From Klebsormidium nitens (taxonomy: Eukaryota > Plantae > Klebsormidiophyceae): a stretch of 64,000 nt of DNA. The notes under the pieces were generated by a model that saw nothing but the letters and a program-made list of their open reading frames with translations, searched no databases and had not been told where the DNA came from. Positions 63,931 to 64,000 of this stretch are shown here, piece by piece. Position numbers and translations under genes: made by a program. The DNA lies in contig DF237076.1 of assembly GCA_000708835.1 (NCBI GenBank), forward strand, positions 118,898 through 182,897, in the 5' to 3' direction. Within the stretch, counting starts at the first letter, position 1, and every line of letters starts with the position of its first letter.

Positions 63931-64000
63931 CGCCAAACTCGCGGCCGCGCATCGTCCGTTATATACGCTATCGACTTATTTAATATATCGAATCACTACG

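Larger units (their letters stand above)
59772..64000. mobile_element. PIF/Harbinger-superfamily DNA transposon (left part; right end outside window)
   Basis: A Myb/SANT-trihelix gene (+) and a DDE_Tnp_4-like transposase C-terminus (-) lie in convergent orientation, consistent with the two-gene Harbinger layout. Putative left terminus TTA|GGGGTGTGTCGCATG at 59769-59786 is followed by clustered CCGCTA motifs. The terminus cannot be confirmed without the right TIR. Confidence 0.75.

Overview
Eukaryotic, intron-rich, moderately GC-rich genomic DNA. Gene content and intron style suggest a streptophyte green alga such as Klebsormidium (inference). Ten host genes run in strictly alternating orientation, forming five head-to-head pairs: APC1(-)/Cys-rich Zn-ribbon repeat gene A(+); R3H-ankyrin DExH RNA helicase(-)/SET-domain methyltransferase(+); bacterial-type class IV-like deacetylase(-)/conserved plant protein of unknown function(+); secreted GH63-like hydrolase(-)/Zn-ribbon repeat gene B(+); class-3 lipase(-)/Thg1 tRNA-His guanylyltransferase(+). 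A TA-flanked MITE lies at 43818-44150, and the left part of a PIF/Harbinger transposon (Myb/trihelix gene plus DDE transposase C-terminus) runs off the right edge. The most unusual signal is that introns of three genes carry diverged tandem 'echo' copies of the neighbouring exon end together with its splice site, 116-248 bp apart, with several copies differing mostly at synonymous positions. The best case is four ~173-bp units in the deacetylase gene, one of which looks like a silent-only 53-nt alternative mini-exon. Exon boundaries were read by eye, and homology calls come from motif recognition, not database searches.
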